In this document: positions 10,371 to 21,649 of the stretch, piece by piece | How positions within the stretch are numbered: position 1 is the first letter of the stretch | Layout of the letters: each line of letters begins with the position of its first letter | Origin: an uncultured Chloroflexia bacterium | Lineage (GTDB): Bacteria; Chloroflexota; Limnocylindria; QHBO01 | DNA length: 64,000 nt | Assembly: GCA_963783725.1 (NCBI GenBank) | Contig: CAWAOJ010000002.1 | Location: forward strand, 1,789,279-1,853,278 | Direction: 5' to 3' | Made by a program: the position numbers and the translations under genes | Notes under the pieces: generated by a model | Database searches by the model: none | Seen by the model: the letters and a program-made list of their open reading frames with translations, nothing else | Told to the model about the DNA's origin: nothing

Positions 10371-11368
10371 TTACACCTTGATGTCGACGATGCGTCGGAT
10401 CAGCAGGTAGCCGATGCCCATGCTGATGAGGCCGATGATGAAGAAGACGACGCCCAGCGGAAGTCCGAGCATATTCGGCGGGCTCTTCACCATCGCGCCC
10501 ATGTAACTGGGGCTGATCAGGAACAGGATCCCGGCCAGGCCAACCGGCAGCAGCGTGATGACGTAGCCGCTGTAGCGCTGCATCGCCGTCAGCGTCTGGA
10601 TCTCACCCTGGATGCGTACCCGCTCGCGAATCGTGAAGGCGATCGAGTCGAGGACGGTCGCGAGGTTTCCGCCGACCTGGCTCTGGATGTTGATCGCGGT
10701 GACCATCAGCTCCAGGTCCTCGGACTTGCACCCGTCGCGACATGTTGTTCAGCGCGGGCTGGAGCGCCACGCCAAGGTTCATCTCGCGAACGACGCGGCC
10801 GAACTCCTCGCTGATGGGCGGCCGCGCCTCGCGCGTGATCAGCTCGACGCCCTGCAGGAAGGACGATCCGGCGCGAAGGGTGTTGGCCAGGAGCGTGATC
10901 GTGTCCGGCAGCTGCTTCGCGAACAGCTTCACCCGCTTGCCCTGCCGATAGCGGAGGTAGAAGCGCGGAAAGTACGCGCCGAACGCGAAGATCAGGGCGA
11001 GCGCAATCACGTTGTGGAGGCCGGAGAAGAGGAAGCCGAGGATGTACGCCGCCGCAACGAAGACGAACGGCGATGCGATCCAGGCCAGGATGAACTCGGC
11101 GGGCTTCAGCTTCAGGTCGGCGCGTGCCAGCTCGATGGACAGGCGGGTCGCCATGTCCTGGCGTTCGATGACGCGGTTCAAGCCCGCGACGACCGCCGAC
11201 TCGCGTTCGCCGTCGCCGGCATCTCCATCCATCCCGCCGGCGGATGCGTAGCGCTCGAGGCGGGACGCGACCTGGCCGTCGGAGCCGCTGAACGAGATGC
11301 CGATCGCAATCAGCAGCACGGCACCGGCGGCGAGCGCCGCGATGAGGATGGGGGACAGCGGCATGGCT
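10371..11368 (-). CDS. tadB: Flp pilus assembly protein TadB (T2SS-F domain); apparent frameshift near 10735
   Basis: ATG at 11368 (MPLSPILIAALAAGAVLL), 8 nt after the cpaF stop. The T2SSF domain continues to ...ALNNMSRRV, then shifts by one base into ORF 10371..10706 (SEDLELMVTAINIQSQVGGNLATVLDSIAFTIRER...). Confidence 0.7.
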
Positions 11369-11378
11369 CGGTCAGTCC

Positions 11379-12749
<1,371 letters not shown>

Positions 12750-12850
12750 GGGATTGGGCGCCGCCGACGGTCTCGGCGGTGCCCTCCGCGGCGGGCTTGC
12801 TCACCCGCTCGATCCTCTTCAGCAGTGACATGGAGGCAGCTTCCTTCCCC

Positions 12851-14092
12851 TTAGCGGCGCGCGAACAGGCCGCGCTTGGCGGCCTTGTCCTTGGTGGCGG
12901 TTGACTTGGTCTTTCCGGTTGTCGGCTCGCCCGCCAGCGTGCGCGCGAGCTTGAAGATGTCGCGGGAGAGAGCGCCATCGGGGTGGGAGACCACGAACGG
13001 CACGCCGCGGTTCACCGCCAGCACGGCCAGCCGGCCGTCGGACACGATCGTCCCGTCGATCGGACGTCGGATGGACGCCTCGACGTCGCCGATGCGAATG
13101 CCCTGGGCGGTGTCGGATCGGTTGATCACCAGGCGGATCTTCGACCGATCGTACTCCAGCTGATCGGCGACCTCAAGGAAGAGGCGGACGTTCTTGATGG
13201 TCGTGATCTCGAGCGCCGAGAGCACCACGATCTGGTCTGCGGCGTCCATGACGCCGAGCGAATGGTCGGTGAGGCCCGCGGGAAGGTCCACCACCACCCA
13301 GTCGTGCGTCTCCTTGAGGTGGTCGACCATCTTGCGCAGGTAGGCCGGCGTGACGAGGTCCGCTCCCTCCGGTGCCGGCGGCGCGAGCAGGACTCGGATA
13401 CCGGTGGAGTGGTCCACCACCACCGAATTGATGATGTCCCCATCGGGCTCGCCGCCCTCGACGGCGTCGAGCATGGATCGGTTCTTCGGATTCAGGTTGA
13501 GCAGGACGCCCACGTCGCCGAACTGCAGGTTCGCGTCGACCAGGCAGACGCGGCCGCCCGTCTCGCGCTTCAGCGCCAGCGCCAGATTCGTGGCGATCGT
13601 CGTCCGCCCGGCGCCGCCCTTGGGCGAGAAGACGGCGACGACCTGGTGGTCCTCGACGTCGCTCGTCGGCTGGCCGGCCAGCGGCGCGGGAACGAACGAC
13701 TGGAGCTGCTCGCGGCGAGCGACCTCCTTGTCGTACACGCTGCGGATGGTGGTGCTGAACTCGTCGCCGGAGAACGGCTTGACGAGGAACTCGCGCGCGC
13801 CGGCGGCGATTGCCCGCCGAAGCTGATCGGCCTCGCCGTGGACGCTCATCATGACCACCGGTGAGGTCGGCAGCCGCTGCGAGATGATCTCGGAAGCGGC
13901 GACGCCGTCCATGCCCGGCATGTTGATGTCCATGACGATCACGTCCGGCCGAAGCTCCATGGCCAGGCGCACCGCGTCCTCGCCGGATCCGGCCGTGCCG
14001 ACGACGTCGATGTCCTGCTCGAAGCCGAGCAGCCGGCTCAGGTGCTCCCTGGTCTCGGGGATGTCGTCGACGATGAGGACCTTGATCATGAT
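12851..14092 (-). CDS. cpaE: CpaE/TadZ-like pilus-assembly protein (receiver-like domain + ParA/MinD-type ATPase)
   Basis: MIKVLIVDDIPETREHL receiver-like N-terminus, followed by the deviant Walker A SPKGGAGRTTIATNLA. The raw ORF extends to 14179, but the likely start is the M of MIKVL at 14092. Confidence 0.8.
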   Translation of the reverse strand: MMIKVLIVDDIPETREHLSRLLGFEQDIDVVGTAGSGEDAVRLAMELRPDVIVMDINMPGMDGVAASEIISQRLPTSPVVMMSVHGEADQLRRAIAAGAREFLVKPFSGDEFSTTIRSVYDKEVARREQLQSFVPAPLAGQPTSDVEDHQVVAVFSPKGGAGRTTIATNLALALKRETGGRVCLVDANLQFGDVGVLLNLNPKNRSMLDAVEGGEPDGDIINSVVVDHSTGIRVLLAPPAPEGADLVTPAYLRKMVDHLKETHDWVVVDLPAGLTDHSLGVMDAADQIVVLSALEITTIKNVRLFLEVADQLEYDRSKIRLVINRSDTAQGIRIGDVEASIRRPIDGTIVSDGRLAVLAVNRGVPFVVSHPDGALSRDIFKLARTLAGEPTTGKTKSTATKDKAAKRGLFARR

Positions 14093-14203
14093 CGGGCTCC
14101 TGGGGGACTGACGGCGGCTCGCGGCTACGGCCCGGGCTCGGGCCGACCTGCTCCACGATGCCCGGCACCGGCAGGCCATAGTTCTTGACGAGCAGGTCGA
14201 TCG

Positions 14204-15011
14204 TCACGCCGGTCGTCTTCTCATTCGCGCGTGTCCTGCGGTCGAGCGGATCGTCAGCGGTGAGCGATCCCGCTCGGACATGTCCCGCTGTGCGAACTTG
14301 ACAAGCTCGGCGTCCTGATCGGTTCCGGCGACGACGACGATGAACGCGTCTCGGTGAACTGCTGCGGCTGCGTCTGGCGCCTTCTGTCCCGGGGCTTGGC
14401 GTGGCGCTTGCCTGCTGCGGCGCGACGTTCGTGGCTGACGTACAGGACGCGCTTGTTCTGGAGCACCGTCTTGACGGTTCTCGCGCTCTGCCCAGCCCGG
14501 AGACCGGCTCGAAGCGCTCGCTGCTGTGGATGTGGAATCCGCCGTCTCCTGCAGCACCTGGACGTCCTGCGAGACGACGACATCGACCATGTCGCCCGGC
14601 TTGACCAGGAAGTCGACGCCGGTGGCGCGGTCCAGCTGCAGGGTGACCGCCTTCTCGCCGGGCTTAGCTGCGCCGAGATGTCGACGGTGACCTTGCCGGT
14701 GCCGAACGTATCCTGCGAGACCTGCGATCCTGCGGGCACGGCGACGAGAGCCGGCCGACCGCCGACCTGCGACGGATCCGTGAGCGCGGTACCCGACGAC
14801 GGCGCTGGGATCGACCTGCTTGGTCTCGACCATGTCGGGCGTCACCGGCGTCGCCGATGGCGATGTCCTCTTCGCCACCAGCACGGTGGCCTTCTGCTGC
14901 TCCGGCGGAACGTCGGTTCGCGGGGTTGTTGAGCAGGATCACGATCGCCACGAAAGCGACGACCGCGAGCAGGACCCCGACGAGAATGACCAGGCGATTC
15001 GATCGCTTCAC
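14204..15011 (-). pseudogene. cpaB: CpaB/RcpC pilus-assembly protein, shattered across at least 3 frames
   Basis: N-terminus MKRSNRLVILVGVLLAVVAFVAIVILL (ORF 14664..15011). SAF-domain piece AGSQVSQDTFGTGKVTVDI (ORF 14254..14739). Pieces KAVTLQLDRATGVDFLVKPGDMVDVVVSQDVQVL and DAFIVVVAGTDQDAELVKFAQ (ORF 14204..14884). At least four frame changes. Confidence 0.6.
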
Positions 15012-15092
15012 AGACGTTCCCCTTAGAGCGCGGAATGGGTGTTGATGAGACCGGGATTGGTGAGTGCGCGAGTTGTGACTGCGCGCACCACT

Positions 15093-15434
15093 CTACACGG
15101 TGCCGTGATCGTGAATCGAGGGGACTTGTGGGCTATCCGCGCCCAGTACCGGCCTCGGAAATCGGGGCGTCGGATAACGAAGGAGGGCCCCCGCGGCGTG
15201 CCGCGAGGGCCCTCCTCGTACGGTTGAGAGCTGCGCTCTTACGTCTTGCAGGCTGGTGCCGACGTTCTGGAAGATCCGGCTCACGATCGGGCCGAGGAAG
15301 ATCAGGGCCACGATCACGATGATCGCGATGAGGGCGAGCAGGAGCCCGTACTCGACGAGCGTCTGGCCCTCCTCGTCGTCGTTGCGGAACTTTGCCAGAA
15401 GATTGCTGATGTAAGCGTTGACGATCTGAAGCAT
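15093..15434 (-). CDS. flp: Flp/Fap family pilin (prepilin with G/QTLVEYG cleavage-site motif)
   Basis: ATG at 15434 preceded by AAAGGAGG. MLQIVNAYISNLLAKFRNDDEEGQTLVEYGLLLALIAIIVIVALIFLGPIVSRIFQNVGTSLQDV is a typical Flp pilin (PF04964). The tail from about 15235 to the stop at 15093 is Arg/Pro-rich and may be read-through caused by an indel, so the functional pilin is probably about 65 aa. Confidence 0.65.
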   Translation of the reverse strand: MLQIVNAYISNLLAKFRNDDEEGQTLVEYGLLLALIAIIVIVALIFLGPIVSRIFQNVGTSLQDVRAQLSTVRGGPSRHAAGALLRYPTPRFPRPVLGADSPQVPSIHDHGTV

Positions 15435-15595
15435 GTGCTTGGTACCTCCTTTCCTCAAGGATTCGCGAGCCGCAGCGTAACTGCGGCCCTCACCCCCGTG
15501 AATGGGACATAGGTCCCACTCGTGTCCCCCGGGAGCCGTACATTGGGTCCGCGAGCCTCGCCTGTCAAGATGAGCGCGACCTCGCGAGGGCGCCG

Positions 15596-15634
15596 GACAA
15601 GAAGAAGGAGCCGTGTCTGCGGCGACACGGCTCC
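15596..15634 (-). terminator. Intrinsic terminator downstream of the LuxR-type regulator gene
   Basis: 11-bp perfect stem GGAGCCGTGTC / GACACGGCTCC with a 6-nt loop (15607-15634). On the minus strand it is followed by TTCTTCTTGTCC. Confidence 0.5.
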
Positions 15635-15800
15635 CGCACCGGAGGAGGAGACCCGGGGTCCGGGGAGGACCGAACCCCGTTGGATGAACGCCGTCGTGGA
15701 TACCCGCGACGTCGTGCCCGAAGGCTAGAAGCGAGCGGGCTGAGCGGCCATGGCACTCCGGTACTGCCTGCAGCCGGACTTCAGGCTGGGCCTGAGGCGC

Positions 15801-16487
15801 TCAGTCCTCGGGGATCTTGATCCAGCCCTGGCGCATGGCGTAGACGACGGCCTGGGTGCGGTCGTTGACCGAGAGCTTGCGCAGGATCGAGCTCATGTGG
15901 TTCTTCACCGTCTGCTCGCTGATCGACAGCGCGTAGGCGACCTGCTTGTTGGTCATCCCCTGCGCGATGTTGTCCAGGATCTCCACCTCGCGCGGCGAGA
16001 GCGGCGCGAAGATCGGCTGGGCGTCGTTGCCGTAGACGGCGAGCTCGCGGAACTCCTTGAGCACGCGGCTGGCGACCGCCGGCTTGCTGAAGACCTTGTC
16101 GTTGATGAGGTACTCGCCGGATCGGACGCGGCGGATGATGGCGGTCAGGTCCGACGGATCGATGTCCTTCAGGACGTAGGCCGCGGCTCCGGCCTTGATG
16201 GCGTCGAAGAGCTGATCCTCGTCGTCGTTGCTGGCCAGGACGATCACGCCGGTGTGCGGCAGCTCGCGCTTGAGGCGCTGCGTGGTCTCGATCCCGTTCG
16301 GTGCGGGAAGTCCCAGGTCCATGAGCACCACGTCGGGCGTGAGCTCGCTCACCACCTCCATCGCCTCGCGGCCGCTGCCCGCCTCGCCGACGACCTCCAT
16401 GTCGTCCTCGAGCTCCAGGATGTTGCGCACGCCGCGCCGGAACAGGGTGTGCCCGTCCACGATCACGATGCGCGTCTTGCCGCTCAT
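15801..16487 (-). CDS. NarL/LuxR-family response regulator (receiver + LuxR HTH)
   Basis: Receiver domain (RIVIVDGHTLFRRG...LMDLGLPAPNG) and C-terminal LuxR HTH (LSPREVEILDNIAQGMTNKQVAYALSISEQTVKNHMSSILRKL). The raw ORF extends to 16574, but the likely start is MSGKTRIVIV at 16487. Confidence 0.85.
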   Translation of the reverse strand: MSGKTRIVIVDGHTLFRRGVRNILELEDDMEVVGEAGSGREAMEVVSELTPDVVLMDLGLPAPNGIETTQRLKRELPHTGVIVLASNDDEDQLFDAIKAGAAAYVLKDIDPSDLTAIIRRVRSGEYLINDKVFSKPAVASRVLKEFRELAVYGNDAQPIFAPLSPREVEILDNIAQGMTNKQVAYALSISEQTVKNHMSSILRKLSVNDRTQAVVYAMRQGWIKIPED

Positions 16488-16573
16488 CTGACGGCGGTCG
16501 CCTCCGCGGCGACGCTCGGTGATGACCTCTGCTTCCACTGGGTTCTCCTCCTTGCGGTTGACCGATGCTGCCA

Positions 16574-17647
16574 TCAGCGGGTCTCCGGCAGCCGGAACAG
16601 GATCCGGGTGCCCTCGCCCTGGCGTGATTCGATCTGCAGCTGAGAGCCGAGCAGCTCAGCGCGCTCGCGCATGAACTGCAGCCCGAAATTGCGGCTGGCA
16701 CCGGATGCCAGTCGCATGACGTCGAAGCCGCGGCCGTTGTCGGCGATGGTGAGCTGGTCGCCCTCGAGGCAGATCCTCACCCGCGTCGCCGCGGCATGCT
16801 TCTTCACGTTCCGCAGCGCCTCCTGCACGATGCGCAGGACCGACGCCTTCTGCGACGGATCGAGGTGGTCGTCGATGCGCTCCACCTCCACGTCCACGTT
16901 GATGCCGTGGCGCGCCTCGAACTCGGCGGCCTGGTCGGCGATGGCGCGCGCCAGCCCCACGTCAACCGCGGGCGGGCGCAGCGAGCTGATGAAGCTGCGC
17001 ACCTCGTCCAGGCCGTCGCGCAGCATGGAGCGCAGGAATGCGACCTCCGACCGCGCCTCCGGCGCATCGGTCAGCATGCGGTCGATGTACTCGACCTGGA
17101 AGATCGCGTTGGTGAGCACCTGCGCGGGCCCGTCGTGGACCTCCTCGGCCAGCCGCTGCCGCTCGCCCTCCTGCGCGCCGATGATGCGCAGCTGGAGGGC
17201 GGCCGGCGACTGGTCCGCATCGGTCAGGCTCGGCTCGGGCGCCTGGGGGTCCGGGCTGTCGAGGTAGTTGCCGATCAGCTGCAGCTGGCGGCCGACGACG
17301 TCGAGCCGCTTGAGCTGGTTCTGCAGGGCGCTCAGCTCGCGACCGAGCTGGTCGTGCTCAGTGCGCAGCCCCTGCGTGGCGCTGCTCGTCGCTTCGGTGG
17401 ACGAGCGCTGATCGATCTGCGCGCGGAGGCCCATCCAGGTCGCCAGGCTGTCGCGGTACTGCTCGCGGTACCAGGTGGCCAGCTCCTCCATCCGCATCGC
17501 GGCCGCGCGCACGGTCTCGCTCGCCTGCTCGTACAGGCGCTCGAAGCTGCCGTTCGGACTACTCGTGGTGGGACCCGACACCGCGCGACCTCGCTGAGTA
17601 CTGGGCGCCGGCTGGTACTCGGCGCGCAGAACATGCTCGCGGCGCAT
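16574..17647 (-). CDS. Cytoplasmic NarX/LiaS-type sensor histidine kinase (HisKA_3 + HATPase_c)
   Basis: Starts at MRREHVLRAEYQ (ATG 17647). Coiled-coil region, HisKA_3 (GERQRLAEEVHDGPAQVLTNAIFQVEY), HATPase (DNGRGFD...GLQFMRERAELLGS). The 232 upstream residues in the raw ORF are Arg/Ala-rich with no domain support. No TM segments were recognised. Confidence 0.8.
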   Translation of the reverse strand: MRREHVLRAEYQPAPSTQRGRAVSGPTTSSPNGSFERLYEQASETVRAAAMRMEELATWYREQYRDSLATWMGLRAQIDQRSSTEATSSATQGLRTEHDQLGRELSALQNQLKRLDVVGRQLQLIGNYLDSPDPQAPEPSLTDADQSPAALQLRIIGAQEGERQRLAEEVHDGPAQVLTNAIFQVEYIDRMLTDAPEARSEVAFLRSMLRDGLDEVRSFISSLRPPAVDVGLARAIADQAAEFEARHGINVDVEVERIDDHLDPSQKASVLRIVQEALRNVKKHAAATRVRICLEGDQLTIADNGRGFDVMRLASGASRNFGLQFMRERAELLGSQLQIESRQGEGTRILFRLPETR

Positions 17648-17658
17648 TGTGCCGGCGA

Positions 17659-19299
17659 TCAACAGTACTTCGGGCCCCAAAGGTACCAGTGGCCCAGGAT
17701 CATCGAACCTCGAACACGCGCACGCCAGGAGCCTCGAAGGCGGGCGCGGCCGGAGAGGAACGAGGGATGGTTGCCCTCCGAATCGGTCGCGCTGGCGCCG
17801 TCCCACAGTCCCAGCGGATCTCGCGACTCGCCCGGGTTGAGCGTCACGAGCACCCACCGGATGCCGTAGGCCCTGACGACCCGCGCGACGGTCTGGTACG
17901 GGTCGAACGGCGGCGCCACCCCCGCTCGGCCGGTGAGCAGGTAGAGCCGCGCGGGGTCGTACGAGAGCACGCGGTCGGTGGCAGCCGCGTGCTGGGCCAG
18001 GAATGCGGCGCCGGCCTCGAGCCGCGTCTCCTGCTCGCGCCAGCCGACGAGAAGCGCCGCCGACCCGACCAGCGAGAGCACCACCGCGCCGGCCAGGCCC
18101 GCGACGAGCAGGAAGCGCTGCGCGCCGCGCCCGCCGAGGAAGCGCCAGTATCGGCCCGCCCAGTCGGCGGCCGGTCGCAGCGAGGCCACCGCCAGCGGGA
18201 ACGCGAAGGGCAGCCACGCCCAGGCGGAGTGATAGAAGGCGCCCATCGGTGCGTGGAAGGTGAAGACGAGGACCATGGCGCCGAGCATGACCCAGAAGTA
18301 GGCGAGGAACGGCGCGAGCTCGCGGCGGCGCCGCTCGCGCCACAGCCCGACGGCGAGGAAGACGACGAAGATGCCGCCCATCAGCACGGCGGTGCGTCCG
18401 GTGATCTCACCGAGGGCGACCAGCTTCGACCAGGCGATGGCGGGCAGCCCGGAGGCGAGGTAGCTCGCCGGCGACGGATCGGTGGCGATGGAGAACTGCT
18501 GGTTGTACGAGGTGATCCACAGCGTGTGGCCGCCGGCCGAGGGGAACGCCGAGCCGAAGACGGCGAGGTTGCGGGCGAGCCACGGCCCGACGGCGACGGC
18601 GAATGCCCCGGCGCTCGCCAGTCCCCAGCCGATGCGGGCAGCGCCGTCCCGCCAGCCCGACGCGAGCAGCCATCCGACCAGTGGCGCGACGGCGAGCAGC
18701 AGCCCGTCGACTCGCGCGAGCGTGGCGAGGCCGACCAACAGCCCGGATGCGGCGAGCCATGGACCGGGTCGTGGCGACCGGACGGCGCGGACAGCGGCGA
18801 GAATCGCGGCGGCGCCGGCGGCACCGAAGACGGCGAAGGCATCCACCATCGGCGCGTAGACGAGCATCGGCCCGGCGAAGAGGGCAAGGATGGCGCCCCC
18901 CAGCGCCACCGTGCGGCTCGCCCACAGCTCGCGGCCGACCTGGTAGGTGAGCAGGACGAGGCCCACCGAGAGGACGATCATCGGCGCCTGGCCGGCCAGC
19001 CACGACGGACCGAAGAGGAGCATCGATGCCGCCGCCACGACGGAGGTGAGCGGCATCCAGTGACCGTTCGAGGCGACCGGAAGCGTCGGATCGAGCGGGA
19101 GGCGGCCGCCCACCTCGAGGAAGCTCCACAGCACCGGCGTGCTGAAGCCGTGGCCGGCGGCGAGCTGCTGGGCAACGATGGTGTAGTAGGCGGGATCGGT
19201 GTACGGGGGGTGCCCGACCAGCAGCGCCGCGCCGGTGCGCAGGACGGTCGCCACGATCGCCAGCACGAGCAGATCTCGAACGATCGGGCGATTGCTCAC
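17659..19299 (-). CDS. GT39/ArnT-like polytopic membrane glycosyltransferase (PMT_2-like)
   Basis: GTG start at 19299 (VSNRPIVRDLLVLAIVATVL). Multiple TM helices with the DPAYYTIVAQQLAAGHGFS first loop and RVDGLLLAV motifs typical of PMT_2/ArnT-type large membrane glycosyltransferases. 547 aa. Confidence 0.65.
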   Translation of the reverse strand: MSNRPIVRDLLVLAIVATVLRTGAALLVGHPPYTDPAYYTIVAQQLAAGHGFSTPVLWSFLEVGGRLPLDPTLPVASNGHWMPLTSVVAAASMLLFGPSWLAGQAPMIVLSVGLVLLTYQVGRELWASRTVALGGAILALFAGPMLVYAPMVDAFAVFGAAGAAAILAAVRAVRSPRPGPWLAASGLLVGLATLARVDGLLLAVAPLVGWLLASGWRDGAARIGWGLASAGAFAVAVGPWLARNLAVFGSAFPSAGGHTLWITSYNQQFSIATDPSPASYLASGLPAIAWSKLVALGEITGRTAVLMGGIFVVFLAVGLWRERRRRELAPFLAYFWVMLGAMVLVFTFHAPMGAFYHSAWAWLPFAFPLAVASLRPAADWAGRYWRFLGGRGAQRFLLVAGLAGAVVLSLVGSAALLVGWREQETRLEAGAAFLAQHAAATDRVLSYDPARLYLLTGRAGVAPPFDPYQTVARVVRAYGIRWVLVTLNPGESRDPLGLWDGASATDSEGNHPSFLSGRARLRGSWRARVRGSMILGHWYLWGPKYC

Positions 19300-19329
19300 C
19301 GCCGCAGGGTACCCGGTAGACTCCGCCCG

Positions 19330-20796
19330 ATGTCCGAGCTCGAGCACCCGCGAGCCGTCCCGCGCTGGCTGCCGTCTCCGCTGGTGCTCATGCTCGTCGT
19401 GGCCGCGGTGATCCTCGCGCTGGTCGGGTTGGCGCACGGACTGACCGATGCGGACTACTTCTGGCACCTCACGGCCGGGCGTCTCATTGTCAATTCGGGC
19501 GCGGTCCCGACCGTCGATCCGTTCTCGTTCACCTACGCCGGACAGCCGTGGACGCCGCACGAGTGGCTGGGCGAAGTGCTGATCTACCTCAGCGTGACGG
19601 TGCTGGGGACGACGCTCACGCCCGTGGTCTTCGGTCTTGTCGCCGCGGCCGGCATCTCCGTCGCCGCGTTCACGGCGCAGCGGCTCGGCTCGCGAACCAT
19701 CGCAACCGGTGTCGCGGTCGCCGTCGGGACGCTCGTCGTCATCCCGTACGTCACCGTGCGCCCGCAGACGCTGTCGTGGCTCCTGCTGGCTGCGACTCTC
19801 GCTCTTCCTGCTGTCACTCGATGCCGCGCGACCACGGCGCGCCCTGCTGCTCATCCCGCTGTTCGTCGTGTGGGCAAATCTGCACGGTCTGTACGTCGTC
19901 GGGCTGGGCGTCGTCGTGCTGTACGCGCTGTGGACCCTTGCAGGGCGAACGCCAATGGCCCGCGCGCGCGGCTGGACGATCGCGGCCGCCGGGAGGCGCG
20001 GCGCTCGCGGCGATGGTCACGCCAGCCGGGCCCATGGGCCTGCTCTATCCGCTCCGGTACCTGGAGCCCGGCGACTGGGGCCTGGCCAACATCGTGGAGT
20101 GGCAATCACCCAACTTTCACGATCCCGCGAACATCGGGCTGCTCGATCCTCATCGTCGCACTCGTGGCGTTCGGTACGCGCGGCGTTCCGGGGTGGATGG
20201 CGGTGCTGTGCTGGCTGGGTGTCGTCATGAGCCTGCTCTCCGTCCGCAACGAGCCGATCGCCGCCATCTGGTCACTGCCCGTCATCGCGGCAAACGTCGA
20301 CCGACGCTTCCCCGCCAGCAGACGAAGCGGCGCTGAAATAGCCGCTCGGCGTGTCATGGAAACGGCCGCGGCGCTGGTCGTCGCCGTCGCAGCGATCGTC
20401 ATCATCGGCCCCCGCATCGGAACGCCGGCGCAGGCGCAGGCAGCCGCGAAGCTGCCGGTCATGGGTGTCGATCGACTGCTGCGAAACGGCGGAGCGGAGC
20501 GAGTCTTCGCGGAATACGGCTGGGGCGGGTACGTCATCTCGCGGCTGTACGACAGCGGTGGGCGCGTCTTCGTGGACGGTCGAAACGACATGTATCCGCA
20601 GGCGATCCTGGAGGACTACTCGCGTATCAGGAGCGCGCAGAGCGGTTGGGAGGCGCTGCTGGACCGCTATGGCGCCAGTGCGATCCTTCTGCCGCCCGAT
20701 GCACCCCTGGTCAGCGCGGCGGCTCGCTCAGGCTGGTGCGAGGACCTGCGGGACCAGCGCGAAGTGCTTCTCCTGAGGTGCTCGCCGGCGCAGTAA
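19330..20796 (+). CDS. Uncharacterised polytopic membrane protein, paralog of 41371..42867; at least 2 apparent frameshifts
   Basis: ATG at 19330 (MSELEHPRAVPRWLPSPLVLMLVVAAVILALVGL). Conserved blocks shared with 41371..42867: FTYAGQPWTPHEW, VVWANLHGLY, EYGWGGYVISRLYDSGGRVFVDGRNDMYPQ. The middle of the gene reads only when switching among three frames (ORFs 19637..20230 and 19548..20336). Confidence 0.5.
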   Translation: MSELEHPRAVPRWLPSPLVLMLVVAAVILALVGLAHGLTDADYFWHLTAGRLIVNSGAVPTVDPFSFTYAGQPWTPHEWLGEVLIYLSVTVLGTTLTPVVFGLVAAAGISVAAFTAQRLGSRTIATGVAVAVGTLVVIPYVTVRPQTLSWLLLAATLALPAVTRCRATTARPAAHPAVRRVGKSARSVRRRAGRRRAVRAVDPCRANANGPRARLDDRGRREARRSRRWSRQPGPWACSIRSGTWSPATGAWPTSWSGNHPTFTIPRTSGCSILIVALVAFGTRGVPGWMAVLCWLGVVMSLLSVRNEPIAAIWSLPVIAANVDRRFPASRRSGAEIAARRVMETAAALVVAVAAIVIIGPRIGTPAQAQAAAKLPVMGVDRLLRNGGAERVFAEYGWGGYVISRLYDSGGRVFVDGRNDMYPQAILEDYSRIRSAQSGWEALLDRYGASAILLPPDAPLVSAAARSGWCEDLRDQREVLLLRCSPAQ

Positions 20797-21613
20797 CTGC
20801 ACCTGCTCCGTCGGGGATGCCTCGCCACAGCGCGATGATGCCCACGAGCACGCTCGGTGCCGAGAACCACGGCACCGGAAGCGCCAGGAAACACGCGACG
20901 ATCACGGTCCAGCGCCAACCACGGAGCGCGCCGCCGACCACGATCGCGGCCGCGAGCATGAGTCGCACCCACAGCGGCCAGGTGATGGCAACCGCTGAGG
21001 CGGGAATGGGCACGCTGGAGTTGCGGCGCAGGCTGTCGGCCCACTCGAACCACAGATGCGGGGCCACGGCGAACGAGATGCCGGCGACGACAGCGGTCAT
21101 CGCGATTGCGAGCACCAGCGCCCGCCATTCGCGACGGACCGCAAACCACAGCACGCCGACGCCCGGCGTGACCTTGGTGAGCAGGTTGAACGCCCACGCC
21201 TGCGGGTAGCGGAAGCCGACGACGGCCGCCGCCGCGATCAGCAGGTGCAGGTTTCCGGTGCTGATCTCGTCGGACACCGGCGAACCGGGAAAGAGCAGAA
21301 GGATGACCCCGATGCGCGGGCCCGCCAGCCAGGCCAGCAGCGCCAGGTTCAGCGCCGACCACAAGCCGCGAAACGCCTCCCAGGGGAGGATTCCGAACGG
21401 CGCGAAGAGTTGGGCGAACGCCGGCGAGTACAGGTAGGCGTCGCGGCCGCCCACCGTGCCGCGCTCGTAGAGATGGGCGAAGTCGAAGCGCCAGTAGACG
21501 CGCGCGTCCTGCATGAAATCGCGTTGGTTGAAGTTGAGCCACAGCCAGGCGAACACGAATCCGGCCCAGGCGAGCATCAAGATCCCGGTGCGGAGCAGGC
21601 GCCGCCGCGTCAA
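20711..21613 (-). CDS. DUF2029/GT87-like polytopic glycosyltransferase (subfamily A)
   Basis: 300 aa with about 8 TM helices. Motifs AYLYSPAFAQ, GNLHLLIAAA and WFAVRREWRAL are shared with 47778..48710 and 51080..52099. The C-terminal 40 residues overlap the convergent gene and may be read-through. Confidence 0.6.
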   Translation of the reverse strand: MTRRRLLRTGILMLAWAGFVFAWLWLNFNQRDFMQDARVYWRFDFAHLYERGTVGGRDAYLYSPAFAQLFAPFGILPWEAFRGLWSALNLALLAWLAGPRIGVILLLFPGSPVSDEISTGNLHLLIAAAAVVGFRYPQAWAFNLLTKVTPGVGVLWFAVRREWRALVLAIAMTAVVAGISFAVAPHLWFEWADSLRRNSSVPIPASAVAITWPLWVRLMLAAAIVVGGALRGWRWTVIVACFLALPVPWFSAPSVLVGIIALWRGIPDGAGAVTAPASTSGEALRAGPAGPRTSLSEPPR

Positions 21614-21649
21614 GGGTCACGGCGCGCTCCAGTTCGGGCAGCGAGGCGG

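Noticed and set aside
15093-15235. C-terminal about 47 residues of the flp ORF (RAQLSTVRGGPSRHAAGALLRYPTPRFPRPVLGADSPQVPSIHDHGTV).
   Set aside because: The composition is unlike pilin. A stop codon lies in the +1 frame right after ...SLQDV, so this is probably read-through from a single-base indel. It is kept inside the reported ORF coordinates but not believed to be part of the mature pilin.
17647-19330. First about 560 residues of the 1049-aa plus-strand ORF 17647..20796.
   Set aside because: It is antisense to the intact GT39-like gene (17659..19299), and the translation is Arg/Glu/Gly low-complexity. The real plus-strand gene begins at the ATG at 19330 with a TM helix.
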